Source: Chthoniobacterales bacterium (GTDB lineage Bacteria; Verrucomicrobiota; Verrucomicrobiia; Chthoniobacterales; Chthoniobacteraceae). Taken from it: a stretch of DNA of 61,526 nucleotides. A model generated the notes under the pieces. It was given only the letters and a program-made list of their open reading frames with translations. It was not told the origin of the DNA and did no database searches. Shown here piece after piece: positions 18,728 through 28,000 of this stretch. The first letter of the stretch is position 1; each line of letters opens with the position of its first letter. Both the position numbers and the translations under genes were made by a program. Where the stretch lies: NCBI GenBank assembly GCA_038325425.1, contig JBBQIZ010000001.1, positions 1 through 61,526 of the forward strand. Reading direction: 5' to 3'.

Positions 18728-19329
18728 CTGAGCATTCCAAAAAAGGTTCATAGCCCTTCGAGATTCAAATCCGACTGTATCCAGAAGGCCCGCAGGCAGC
18801 GCTTGACCTTGCGGACTCTAGCGAAAGCCTTGCGTGCGGCGCGACTCAATTCCCACAGTTCTTTGGGCGCGAAGTTGGCCAGATCGTTGCCCTTGGCATA
18901 ACCCCACAGGTATTCGATGGGATTGAGTTCCGGGGCATAGCCAGGCAGACGTTCCACCCAGACGCGACCTTGGGTCGTGGCCAAATAATCGGCCACTATC
19001 TTGGAACGGTGTGCTGGCAAGCCGTCCCAGATGACCAGCAGCTTTCCGGGAATATGTTGTTGGAGATGCTGCAGGAAACCCCTCACCTCGGGCGCCTCCG
19101 CGCCGTCCTTGCTCCGGGCGCGGTACCATTCATGGGCCGCGCGCCAACTCACCCCGCAGAGCACGGCGACTTCGGCGCGGGTGTGCCCGGCCGCAAAGAA
19201 CTTGGCCGCTTCCATTCGACGTTTCTCCTGCCGCTCCCGGCGTCCACTAACTAACTTCAATGACTTTCTCGGCATTCCTTATAGCTAACCACTTAACCTT
19301 TAGATGTGAAGCTGTTTTGGAATGCTCAG
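18728..19329 (-). mobile_element. IS630-family element, internally deleted (602 bp)
   Basis: 23-bp TIRs CTGAGCATTCCAAAAAAGGTTCA (18728-18750) and TGAAGCTGTTTTGGAATGCTCAG (19307-19329), 21/23 match, flanked by TA at 18726-18727 and 19330-19331. Confidence 0.92.
18748..19275 (-). pseudogene. Truncated IS630 transposase (HTH fused in frame to the C-terminal half of the DDE domain)
   Basis: N-terminal HTH (RAEVAVLCGVSWRAAHEW) joined directly to LLVIWDGLPAHRS...LPGYAPELNPIEYLW. Only 175 aa; the segment with the first catalytic Asp is missing. Confidence 0.85.
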
Positions 19330-19390
19330 TAAGCTACCAATCCTACCTGAAACACGGAGAAGTGATTTTCGACGACGAACCGCTGGCCCT

Positions 19391-20265
19391 ATGAGCGCCC
19401 GCCCCTTCTTTTTTTGTCGGGGGCGGCCTGGGGGATGTCGCGCGGCGTTTTTATCGGACAAACAAGTACGAAGCTCTATCCGCACTCTCGGAGCCAACCT
19501 TTATCCTGTGCTGGTGCCACAATCCATCAGCCCTGGAATTCTTCCGCTTCCACGTAAACCACGGCAATCTCGTGGTGTGCGACGTGGGACATATCTATAT
19601 GGATTTTTTGCGCGCCAAGCTGGACGGAGGTGAGGTGAATCGACGGCTTTTCGCTCTCTGTGGAGTAGAAGAGAAGCAGCAACTGACGCGCCAACGCGAA
19701 GCCACCCCTCTCGGCCATTTTTCATGCGCCCAACATCATTGCCTCCCGCGGGCATGTGGTCATTCATCCCTTCGGACGCGGATGGGGGGATTGGCCGGAT
19801 GAAGCCTGCGATCTCGTGCGCGCGGCGCTCCGCGCGGTGCCGCCGGAAACGCGAATTTTTGTGATCTCCGCCGACTATGTGGCGGCGGACGGGCGGGTGA
19901 AAAAGGAGCGCTTCCCGTGCGACCTGCCAAATGTGACCGTGCTGAAAAACCTTTCCGCACCGGCCGCATTCACTCTGGTTGCCACGGCTTCGCGTTTTCT
20001 GGGCAACATGTCTGCCCTTGCCCAGGTGGCAGCTTATGAGGGTGTTTCCTCGATGGTTCTGCATCCGGGGCGCTGCACGGATTTTCGGCCGCCCTACAGC
20101 AATTATTCCAAGGCAATCTGGAATGGCAACGGCGTGGCCATCGCCTATGATGCTGTGCCGGGTGCACAACTGGCCGAGACTTTGCGGGACTTTCTATCCG
20201 AGCCGACCCGTCGGCCTGTCATGCGAGAAGAGTTTGCGCGAACCGCCCCCGCCCCGGTTTTCTAG
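19391..20265 (+). pseudogene. Glycosyltransferase family 9-like gene split by two +1 frameshifts
   Basis: Removing one T from T7 (19409-19415) and one from T5 (19718-19722) gives one ~290-aa ORF: MSARPFFFVGGGLGDVARR...CHNPSALEFFRFH...HVVIHPFGRG...ASRFLGNMSALAQVAAYEG. The GLGD, VVIHP and FxGNxS-type motifs resemble GT9. Confidence 0.65.
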
Positions 20266-20334
20266 CGCATTGAAGCGGGTCGCCCAACGCGGTTTGCGGA
20301 TTCAACACCGAAGAGGGAGGCCCGCCGTACTACA

Positions 20335-21208
20335 GTGAAGGCCGCGCTCGCTGAGCTACGCTTCCTGCTGAAAGTCTCCCGGCCCGGTTTCTGGCTGACC
20401 TCGATCTGGTTCTATCTTCTGCCGCTGGGGCAGAGGGAAGTGTTTGGCACCGCGGAATTTTGGTTCGGTCTGTTCTACGTTACCTTCCCACTGGGGATGA
20501 TGATCTATCGCTGGAATGACGTGGTCGATTTCGAGACCGACCGGCTGAACCCGCGCAAGGACTCCTTCCTCTTCGGCGCCCGGCCCACGCCGGAACAGAG
20601 CGACCGACTGCGGTCGCGGATTGCGCTCGTGCAGGCGCCGTTCGTCCTCCTTTTCGCGTGGCTGCTCGGTTGGCCGGCGCTGGCTTGGTTCGCCGCGCTC
20701 GCCGCCGCCACCGCGCTCTACAACTTGGCCGCGCATCGGTTTCAAAGGCCGCCCCGGCTTCGACCTGCTCAACCAAACCGGTTACCTGCTCGTCTTTGTC
20801 CTGAGCAGCTGGCTGAACCAAGTGCCGCAGGCGCCGTGGTTCACCTTTGTCTTCGGCGCGCTCTTCGCCATGCACTCCCATCTATTCGGCGAAATCATGG
20901 ACCTCGAGCCGGACCGTTCCGTGGGTCGGCGCACCACGGCGGTCGTCATCGGAATCCTTCCGGCAAAAGCGCTGATGATCAGCCTGCTGGTCGTCGAGGC
21001 GCTCCTGATCTGGCAAGCGGCCAGCGATCCGCGGATGGCGGCGTTTCTCGCTGGCGGCGCGTTCTTCTTTGCCACTGACGCTTCGTTCCTGTGGCGGGAT
21101 CGACCCTACGCGCCATGGCAGATGCGGCTGTTCTTTCTTGGCTGGAACGTCGCAGCCCTGCTCAGTATCCCGTGGGTCTGGCGCTCCGCAGCGCTAGCCG
21201 CTCGTTGA
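20335..21208 (+). pseudogene. UbiA-family prenyltransferase with one +1 frameshift
   Basis: SRPGFW, NDVVDFETDRLNPRK (first Asp-rich motif) in ORF 20335. After the extra T at 20725-20726 the reading continues in ORF 20621 (WPRIGFKGRP...EIMDLEPDRSVGRRTTA, second motif). Confidence 0.8.
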
Positions 21209-21316
21209 CGCCCGTGACCGGGAGAAACTTTCACAGATTACCCCTTGCGTTCCCCCGACTCCGCCTTTACAAAGTGCGCCCATTTTCTTTCTGCCCGCTC
21301 TACGCCCCATATCTCT

Positions 21317-22042
21317 ATGTCCACTGAATTGATGACGGAACTTCTCGAGGCTGGTGTCCACTTTGGCCACCAGACCAAACGCTGGAATCCGAAGATGAAA
21401 CCGTTCATTTTCGAGAAGCGCAACGCCATCTACATCATCAACCTCGGCAAAACCGTCGAGCAACTCGATGAAGCCACCGAGTTTCTGAGCAAGGTTGCCT
21501 CGCGCAACGGCAAGGTGCTCTTCGTCGGCTGCAAAAAGCAGGCGCAGGAAGCGATCAAGGAAGCCGCCCTCGCTTGCGGACAGTTTTACGTCAATCAGCG
21601 CTGGCTCGGCGGCACGCTGACCAACATTGCGACGATCCGCAAGAGCATCGCCCGGATGAAGTATATCGAGAACCTCGAGAAGCAGCCCGAGTACAGCAAG
21701 ATGGGCAAGCAGGAGATCGCCGCGGTCAAGCGCGAGGGCGAAAAACTCCGCCGCAACCTCGACGGTATCCGCGACATGGAGAAGCTCCCTGACGCGATGG
21801 TCATCATCGACACCATGCGCGAAGGCATCGCCGTCGCCGAAGCGAAGCGCCTCAAGATCCCGACCGTCGCCATCGTTGATACCAACGCTGATCCGGAGTT
21901 GATCAACTATCCGATCGCCGGAAACGATGACGCCATCCGCGCCATCCGCATCGTCCTGCAGAAACTCGTGGACGCCATGGTCTCCGCGCAGACCGGCCGC
22001 ACGAAGAAGGATCAGGAAGCGCTCGCGGGCGTCAGCGAATAA
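21317..22042 (+). CDS. rpsB: 30S ribosomal protein S2
   Basis: LLEAGVHFGHQTKRWNPKM, RWLGGTLTN, DTNADP, GNDDAIRAI. Confidence 0.98.
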   Translation: MSTELMTELLEAGVHFGHQTKRWNPKMKPFIFEKRNAIYIINLGKTVEQLDEATEFLSKVASRNGKVLFVGCKKQAQEAIKEAALACGQFYVNQRWLGGTLTNIATIRKSIARMKYIENLEKQPEYSKMGKQEIAAVKREGEKLRRNLDGIRDMEKLPDAMVIIDTMREGIAVAEAKRLKIPTVAIVDTNADPELINYPIAGNDDAIRAIRIVLQKLVDAMVSAQTGRTKKDQEALAGVSE

Positions 22043-22069
22043 CTCGCGACCCTCTCAACCCCATTTAGG

Positions 22070-22105
22070 AGAGACGAGGGCTCCCGCTCTCGTCTCTTCG
22101 TTTTT
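22070..22105 (+). terminator. Hairpin plus T-tract between rpsB and tsf (terminator/attenuator)
   Basis: AGAGACGAGGGC-tccc-GCTCTCGTCTCT followed by TCGTTTTT. Confidence 0.6.
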
Positions 22106-22131
22106 ACCACCCTAGCCATCCCACCATCCCT

Positions 22132-22983
22132 ATGAGCACTGTCACCGTCATCGACGCCCAACTCGTCAAGACCCTCCGCGAAAAGACCAACGCGGGCTTG
22201 ATGGAATGCAAACGCGCCCTCGCCGAAACCAATGGCGACCTCGAAGCCGCCGTCGATGTGCTGCGCAAAAAAGGCGCGGCCAGCGCGGCCAAGAAAGCCG
22301 ATCGCGACGCCAAGGAAGGCGTCATCGCCCAAGCCATTTTGCCCGGTGCGAAAGTCGGCGTGCTCGTCGAGATCAACTGCGAGACGGACTTCGTGGCCAA
22401 GAACGACAGTTTCAAAGCCTTTACCGAAGAGACCGCGAAGAAGATCGCCGGCCAACCCGGCGCCGATCTGGAATCCGACCGCGTCGCCTTCGTCCAGAAG
22501 ATCGGCGAGAACATCCTCATCCGTCGCAGCGACCGCGTGGAAGTGACCGGTCACGGAGCCGTCGCCGCTTACATCCACACCGGCGGCAAAGTCGGCGTGA
22601 TCGTCGAAGTCGGCGCGAACAAGGACGAAACCACGACCACGGAAGCCTTCAAGCAGCTCGTCCGCGACATCACCCTGCAGATCGCTGCGGCCAATCCGAT
22701 CAGCGTCGATCGCAGCGCCGTACCCGCCGCCACGCTGGAGCGCGAACGGGAAGTGTATCGCGGCCAGGTGCCTCCGGGTAAACCCGCGAACATCATCGAG
22801 AAGATCGTCGAAGGAAAAATCGAGAAGTTCTACAGCGGCGTCTGTCTGATCGATCAGGCATTCATCAAGAATCCCGACCAGACGATCGCTCAGCTCATCG
22901 CGGCCAAGAGCAAGGAACTCGGTGACGAACTCGTGATCCGGCGCTTCCTCCGCTACTCCGTGGGCGAGGAACTCGCGAGCTAA
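22132..22983 (+). CDS. tsf: Elongation factor Ts
   Basis: VKTLREKTNAGLMECKRAL, EINCETDFVAKN, follows rpsB. Confidence 0.98.
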   Translation: MSTVTVIDAQLVKTLREKTNAGLMECKRALAETNGDLEAAVDVLRKKGAASAAKKADRDAKEGVIAQAILPGAKVGVLVEINCETDFVAKNDSFKAFTEETAKKIAGQPGADLESDRVAFVQKIGENILIRRSDRVEVTGHGAVAAYIHTGGKVGVIVEVGANKDETTTTEAFKQLVRDITLQIAAANPISVDRSAVPAATLEREREVYRGQVPPGKPANIIEKIVEGKIEKFYSGVCLIDQAFIKNPDQTIAQLIAAKSKELGDELVIRRFLRYSVGEELAS

Positions 22984-23008
22984 GCCGCTTTCCAGCGCTT
23001 CCCATCTC

Positions 23009-23043
23009 GGGCGCGGACCGCAAGGTCCGCGCCCTCTCCTTTT
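23009..23043 (+). terminator. Rho-independent terminator after tsf
   Basis: GGGCGCGGACC-GCAA-GGTCCGCGCCC (11-bp stem, GNRA loop) followed by a pyrimidine/T run. Confidence 0.75.
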
Positions 23044-23091
23044 CCCGGACTTGATGCACCCGACAGGCCGGCGCTAGACGATTCCAGACCA

Positions 23092-24789
23092 ATGAAGCCC
23101 CGCCGCATCACGATTCTTCGCAAGGGCTTGCTGGTTCTGGCGCTGCCGTTGCTCTATCAGGCGCTTTTCATCGGAGTGCTCATGAAGCGCCAGGCCGATC
23201 ACAATGCGGCCCAACGGATCGCGGTCCACACCAAGGACGTGCTGCTGGAAACCGAGCGCCTCTACAGGCTGTTGCTCGTCGCGCAGAGCAACCTGCGTGC
23301 TTTTGGCCTGACCGAAAAGCAATCCTTTGCCGATGCGGCGCTGAGCAGCGATTCGGCGATCGATGAGGCTCTAACGAAAGTAAATCTTCTCGTCCAGGAC
23401 AGTCCCGAGCAGAGCGCGCGCTTCTCTGCCGTGATCGAAAGCGCCCGCGATTGGCGCGATTACGAGCACTCCATGTTCGACCTCGCGAGGCAGGGACAGA
23501 TCGAGCCGCTTCGGGACTCGGTGCGCAACTCTCGCGGCCAGCCGACGATGAATGCCTTGAGCGAGGCGATGGCCGTCTTTAGGAAAGTCGAAGAGGAAAA
23601 GGATGCCGAACGACTCGAGGCCCTCGCCAGCTCTTCCCGGACTCAGAACTGGCTTCTGGTCGCCGGTTTAATCTTCAACGTCGGCATCGGCGCGCTCGCG
23701 GCCATCATGTTTAGCCGCGAGATCAGTGGCCGCATCCAAGTCGTCACCGCCAACACCCGCCGGATTGTCGATGGAGAAACGCTCCCCTCACTCGTCCCTG
23801 GGAGCGACGAAATCCGTGAACTCGACGAACAATTCCATCGCCTCGCCGATCACCTCAAAACCGCCCGGCTCAAGGAGCGCGTCTATCAGGAAGCGCTGGA
23901 AAGGCGGGCCTCGGAGCTCACCCGTGCCAACAGCGATCTCGAGCAGAAGAATCAGGAAATCGAAATGTTCGTCTACAGCGTTTCGCACGATCTCCGTTCT
24001 CCGCTGGTCAACCTCCAGGGTTTCAGCCGGGAACTCGGCTACGCCCGGAGCGAACTTGAATCCATGCTCAACCGCGACATGCAACCGGCCGATCGGGAGC
24101 GCGCTCGTCTGGTCGTCGAACGCGATATCACGGAATCCGTGCAATACATCCAGACGGCGGTGACGCGGCTTTCCAATATCATCGACGCGCTGCTCCGCCT
24201 TTCACGCGCCGGGAGCCTGGAATATCAGCCGAAGCTCGTCGACGTCCCGCCCATCATCCATCGCATCGTGGAAGCAATGCGCGGCACGATCACCGAGCGC
24301 GGCGCGCAGATCGCCATCAAGGATCTGCCGGCGGTATGGGCGGACCCGACCGCGCTCGATCAAATCTTTGCCAACCTGATCGGCAACGCCGTCAATTACC
24401 TCGACCCCCAGCGGCCGGGAATCATCGAGATCGGCACCGTGGCGCGCGAAGTGGAAGGCCTCGAAAAAGCGCTGACTTTCTACGTCAAAGACAACGGCCT
24501 CGGCATCGCCGAAGCCTATCTGCCCAAAGTCTTCGCGATCTTCCAACGGCTGCACGGCAATGTCGCTGCCGGCGAAGGCGTGGGACTGGCGCTCGTCCGC
24601 CGGGTCATCGAACGGCACGGCGGCAAAGTCTGGGTCGAATCGACCGAAGGCGAAGGCTCCACCTTCTTCGTCGCCTTCCCTGCCAACCCGCTGCTTTCTC
24701 CATTGCCCGGCATTGCCCCGCGGAAAGAACGGCTTAAGCTTGGCACCCCAAATCATGACCATGAATCCAGTCACCATTCTCCTCGCTGA
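23092..24789 (+). CDS. Membrane sensor histidine kinase (CHASE3-like sensor, HAMP-like linker, HisKA, HATPase)
   Basis: Two TM helices; FVYSVSHDLRSPL H-box, NLIGNAVNY, DNGLGI, GEGVGLA. Confidence 0.92.
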   Translation: MKPRRITILRKGLLVLALPLLYQALFIGVLMKRQADHNAAQRIAVHTKDVLLETERLYRLLLVAQSNLRAFGLTEKQSFADAALSSDSAIDEALTKVNLLVQDSPEQSARFSAVIESARDWRDYEHSMFDLARQGQIEPLRDSVRNSRGQPTMNALSEAMAVFRKVEEEKDAERLEALASSSRTQNWLLVAGLIFNVGIGALAAIMFSREISGRIQVVTANTRRIVDGETLPSLVPGSDEIRELDEQFHRLADHLKTARLKERVYQEALERRASELTRANSDLEQKNQEIEMFVYSVSHDLRSPLVNLQGFSRELGYARSELESMLNRDMQPADRERARLVVERDITESVQYIQTAVTRLSNIIDALLRLSRAGSLEYQPKLVDVPPIIHRIVEAMRGTITERGAQIAIKDLPAVWADPTALDQIFANLIGNAVNYLDPQRPGIIEIGTVAREVEGLEKALTFYVKDNGLGIAEAYLPKVFAIFQRLHGNVAAGEGVGLALVRRVIERHGGKVWVESTEGEGSTFFVAFPANPLLSPLPGIAPRKERLKLGTPNHDHESSHHSPR

Positions 24790-25201
24790 AGACGACGATG
24801 GGCACGCCCAACTCGTCCAACGCAACCTTGAACGCGCCGGTCTGCTCAACGGCTTTCTGCGCGTCCGCGATGGCCAGGAGCTGCTGGACTGCCTCGCCTC
24901 TCGCGGCACCTCGCATGAGCAGACGCTCGGCGAAGCGCTCGTCATCCTGCTCGACATCAATATGCCGCGGATCGATGGCATCGAAGCTCTGCGCCAGATC
25001 AAGGCCAACCCTGCCACGCACCGCATCCCCGTCATCATGCTCACCACCACCGATGACCCACGCGAAATCGATCGCTGCTACGAACTCGGCTGCAACGTCT
25101 ATGTCACCAAGCCGGTCGAATACGACGGCTTCATCGATGCCATCCGCCGCCTTGGTCTTTTCCTGCAAATCGTCCAGCGCCCGCGCAACGCCAGTAACTA
25201 A
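24755..25201 (+). CDS. Single-domain response regulator (Rcp1-like)
   Basis: ILLAEDD, LLDINMPRIDG, VIMLTTT, YVTKP. Start 24755 or 24761. Confidence 0.92.
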   Translation: MTMNPVTILLAEDDDGHAQLVQRNLERAGLLNGFLRVRDGQELLDCLASRGTSHEQTLGEALVILLDINMPRIDGIEALRQIKANPATHRIPVIMLTTTDDPREIDRCYELGCNVYVTKPVEYDGFIDAIRRLGLFLQIVQRPRNASN

Positions 25202-25204
25202 CGC

Positions 25205-26791
25205 ATGAACACGCCGCTTCCGGACGAAAGCATCCTCGTACTGGAAGACGATCCCGGCATCGGGAAGTTGCAGCGCCGGCAGCTGGAGCGCGAAGGCTAC
25301 CGCGTCGAACTGGCCGCCGACACCGCCCGCGCCCGGGAAATTCTTCGCACCGGAAAAGTCGGCCTGCTCATCCTCGACTACCAGCTCGCCGAGCCGACCA
25401 ACGGCCTCGAATTTTACCGGGCGCTCCTCGCCGAAGGCTGCGACGTGCCGGCGATCCTCGTCACCGGTTTTGGCGATGAGAACCGCGTCATCGAAGCGAT
25501 GCGGGCCGGCGTGCGCGACTTTATCCCGAAGACGCCGAACTTCGTCGAGCTTGTCGCCCCGACCGTCGAGCGCGTGATGAAGCAAGTCCGCGCCGAACGC
25601 CAACTCCTCGACGCCGAAGCCGCCAGCCGCGCCAAGGACCACTTCCTCGCCACCCTCAGCCACGAGCTGCGCACCCCGCTCACGCCCGTGCTCGCGCTCG
25701 TCTCCGCCCTTCAGCGCGACGTGCGCCTGCCCCAGGACGTGCGCGAGGACATGAACACCATTCATCGCAACATCGAGCTCGAGGCGCGGCTCATCGATGA
25801 CATGCTCGACATCACCCGCATCGCCCGCGGAAAGCTCGAGTTGCAGTTCGCGAGCATGGACATCCGCCCGATCATCGAGCACGCCATCAAGACCTGCTGC
25901 GCGCACGAGGCGGCGGAGAAAATGATCATCTGCCACGAACAGCTCGACGCCGACGATCACTTCGCCCGCGTCGATGCCGCGCGGCTCACCCAGGTTTTTT
26001 GGAACCTGCTCAAGAACGCCATCAAGTTCACCCCTGTCGGCGGGCAGACCTTTGTGCGCTCGCGCCGCGAGACCATCGAGGGACGCACCTGGCTTGTCGT
26101 GGAAGTGCAGGACACGGGCATCGGTATCGAGCCCCAGATTCTCCCGCGCATCTTTGGCGCGTTTGAGCAGGGCACCCGCACGATCACCAGGCAGTTCGGC
26201 GGCCTCGGCCTCGGCCTGGCGATCACCAAGGCGATCGTCGATGCCCACGGTGGCACGATCACCGCGGCCAGTGCCGGCATCGATCAGGGCGCGCTTTTTA
26301 CCGTCCGGCTGCCCGAAGTCTCGACCGTCACCACCACCGTCGAGATGCCGTCCCGCGAAGCGCCAAAACTCCCCACTCCCGCCCCTCGGGAACCTACCTC
26401 CGCGCATTTGTTGCTGGTCGAGGATCACGCCGACACCGCCCACGTCCTGGCCCGCATGCTCCGTCGCGTCGGATTTCAGGTCACCGTCGCCACCACCATC
26501 GCGCAGGCGATTTCCGAAACGGAGGCCGCCCAGAAAGCCGTGGACGACAATGGCCGCAGCCGGCCCATTCGCCTCGTCGTCAGCGATCTCGGCCTGCCGG
26601 ATGGCACCGGTCACGACCTGATGCGTGAACTCGCGCAGACCCACGGCCTGCGCGGCATCGCCCTGAGCGGCTTTGGGATGGAAGACGACGTGCGCCGCGC
26701 CGCCGAGGCCGGCTTTGCCCGGCACCTCACGAAGCCGGTCGATTTCGATGCTCTCCTCGCCAATATCCGCGAATTGCTCGCCGCGGACTGA
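25205..26791 (+). CDS. Cytoplasmic hybrid histidine kinase (REC-HisKA-HATPase-REC)
   Basis: N-terminal receiver (LEDD, LDYQL), LSHELRTPL, NLLKNAIKFT, GGLGLGL, C-terminal receiver (VEDH, SDLGLPD, TKP). Confidence 0.93.
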   Translation: MNTPLPDESILVLEDDPGIGKLQRRQLEREGYRVELAADTARAREILRTGKVGLLILDYQLAEPTNGLEFYRALLAEGCDVPAILVTGFGDENRVIEAMRAGVRDFIPKTPNFVELVAPTVERVMKQVRAERQLLDAEAASRAKDHFLATLSHELRTPLTPVLALVSALQRDVRLPQDVREDMNTIHRNIELEARLIDDMLDITRIARGKLELQFASMDIRPIIEHAIKTCCAHEAAEKMIICHEQLDADDHFARVDAARLTQVFWNLLKNAIKFTPVGGQTFVRSRRETIEGRTWLVVEVQDTGIGIEPQILPRIFGAFEQGTRTITRQFGGLGLGLAITKAIVDAHGGTITAASAGIDQGALFTVRLPEVSTVTTTVEMPSREAPKLPTPAPREPTSAHLLLVEDHADTAHVLARMLRRVGFQVTVATTIAQAISETEAAQKAVDDNGRSRPIRLVVSDLGLPDGTGHDLMRELAQTHGLRGIALSGFGMEDDVRRAAEAGFARHLTKPVDFDALLANIRELLAAD

Positions 26792-26800
26792 GCGGCGGCT

Positions 26801-27997
26801 TCAGGCGTAGAAGCGCTCCGGCGTCATCAATTCCTGCGGGCGGCAGAGACGTTCCACGAGACTCTCCCAACTCTCGTGACCGCTCAGGATTTCGATCTCC
26901 ACGCGCAGATAATAGACCGGCGTCTCCAGCCCTTCGATCTTCGCGGGAAAACGCACGCTGTCCTTCTCCGTGGTCACGATGAACTCCAGATCCCGCCGTG
27001 AACAACGCGCCGCGAACTCCTGCAATTCGCGATCGGTAAAGCGGTGATGATCGGCAAAGCTGCGGGTGATTTCGAGATTCGCGCCGAGGGCAACCAGGCT
27101 CTGCTCGAAACTCTCCGGCCGCGCGATGCCCGAGATCGCCGCGATGTATTTGTCGCGCAGATACTCCAGCGGGCGGCGGTCCGCGGCGTCGTAAAGATTC
27201 TGCAAGTAAAGCGGCTGGTGCCGGCACTCCACGATCGCCGCGGTCCGGTTGAGCCGGCGGATGCGCTCGATGAGCAGCGTGTTCCCTGCGAGCGGCGTTT
27301 TCGTGATGAAGATGTAACTCGCGCGCCGCAGGTTCGATGGCGGCTCGCGCAACGTCCCACGCGGGAGCAGGAATTCGTTGCCAAACGGCGCCTGCGCATC
27401 GATCAGGCAAATCTCCAGCCGATGCTTGAGGTGCAGGTATTGCATCCCGTCATCGAGGATCAGCGTGTCGCACTTCATCTCGCGGATCGCATACATCGCG
27501 GAGCGCACGCGATCCTTGCCCACGAGCACGATCACGTCGCCCAAGCTCTTCGCCAGCATGAAGGGCTCGTCACCCGCGAAGCGGCTGTCCAGCAGCAACC
27601 GCTGGCCATCATGCACGATCCGCGGTTTGCGACGCTCCATGCCGAGCCACTTCCGCTGCAGCCGACGAAAGAGCGGCGGCTTCTTCGATTTATACCCACG
27701 GCTGAGAATCGCCACGCGCCGCCCGCGGTCCTGCAGCGTGCGCGCAAACTTCTCCACCACCGGTGTCTTGCCCGTGCCGCCGACCGTCAGATTCCCGATC
27801 GAGATGACCATGCACGCGGGATGATGCTCGCGCAGAAAACGATGCCGATAGAGCCAGAGCCGCGTCTGCACCCCGCCGCGAAAGAGCCAGCTCAGCGCGT
27901 AAAGAAACCAGCGCAGCAACGCCGCGCGTTTGCCGTAGCGACGCTCCAGAATGACGTCGATGGCAAACTCTTCGAACGCTTCGAGCCAGCGGCGCAT
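26801..27997 (-). CDS. lpxK: Tetraacyldisaccharide 4'-kinase
   Basis: SIGNLTVGGTGKTP, ILSRGY, GDEP, LDDGMQ, LLPRGTLREP, FADHH, TTEKD. Confidence 0.95.
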   Translation of the reverse strand: MRRWLEAFEEFAIDVILERRYGKRAALLRWFLYALSWLFRGGVQTRLWLYRHRFLREHHPACMVISIGNLTVGGTGKTPVVEKFARTLQDRGRRVAILSRGYKSKKPPLFRRLQRKWLGMERRKPRIVHDGQRLLLDSRFAGDEPFMLAKSLGDVIVLVGKDRVRSAMYAIREMKCDTLILDDGMQYLHLKHRLEICLIDAQAPFGNEFLLPRGTLREPPSNLRRASYIFITKTPLAGNTLLIERIRRLNRTAAIVECRHQPLYLQNLYDAADRRPLEYLRDKYIAAISGIARPESFEQSLVALGANLEITRSFADHHRFTDRELQEFAARCSRRDLEFIVTTEKDSVRFPAKIEGLETPVYYLRVEIEILSGHESWESLVERLCRPQELMTPERFYA

Positions 27998-28000
27998 GGT

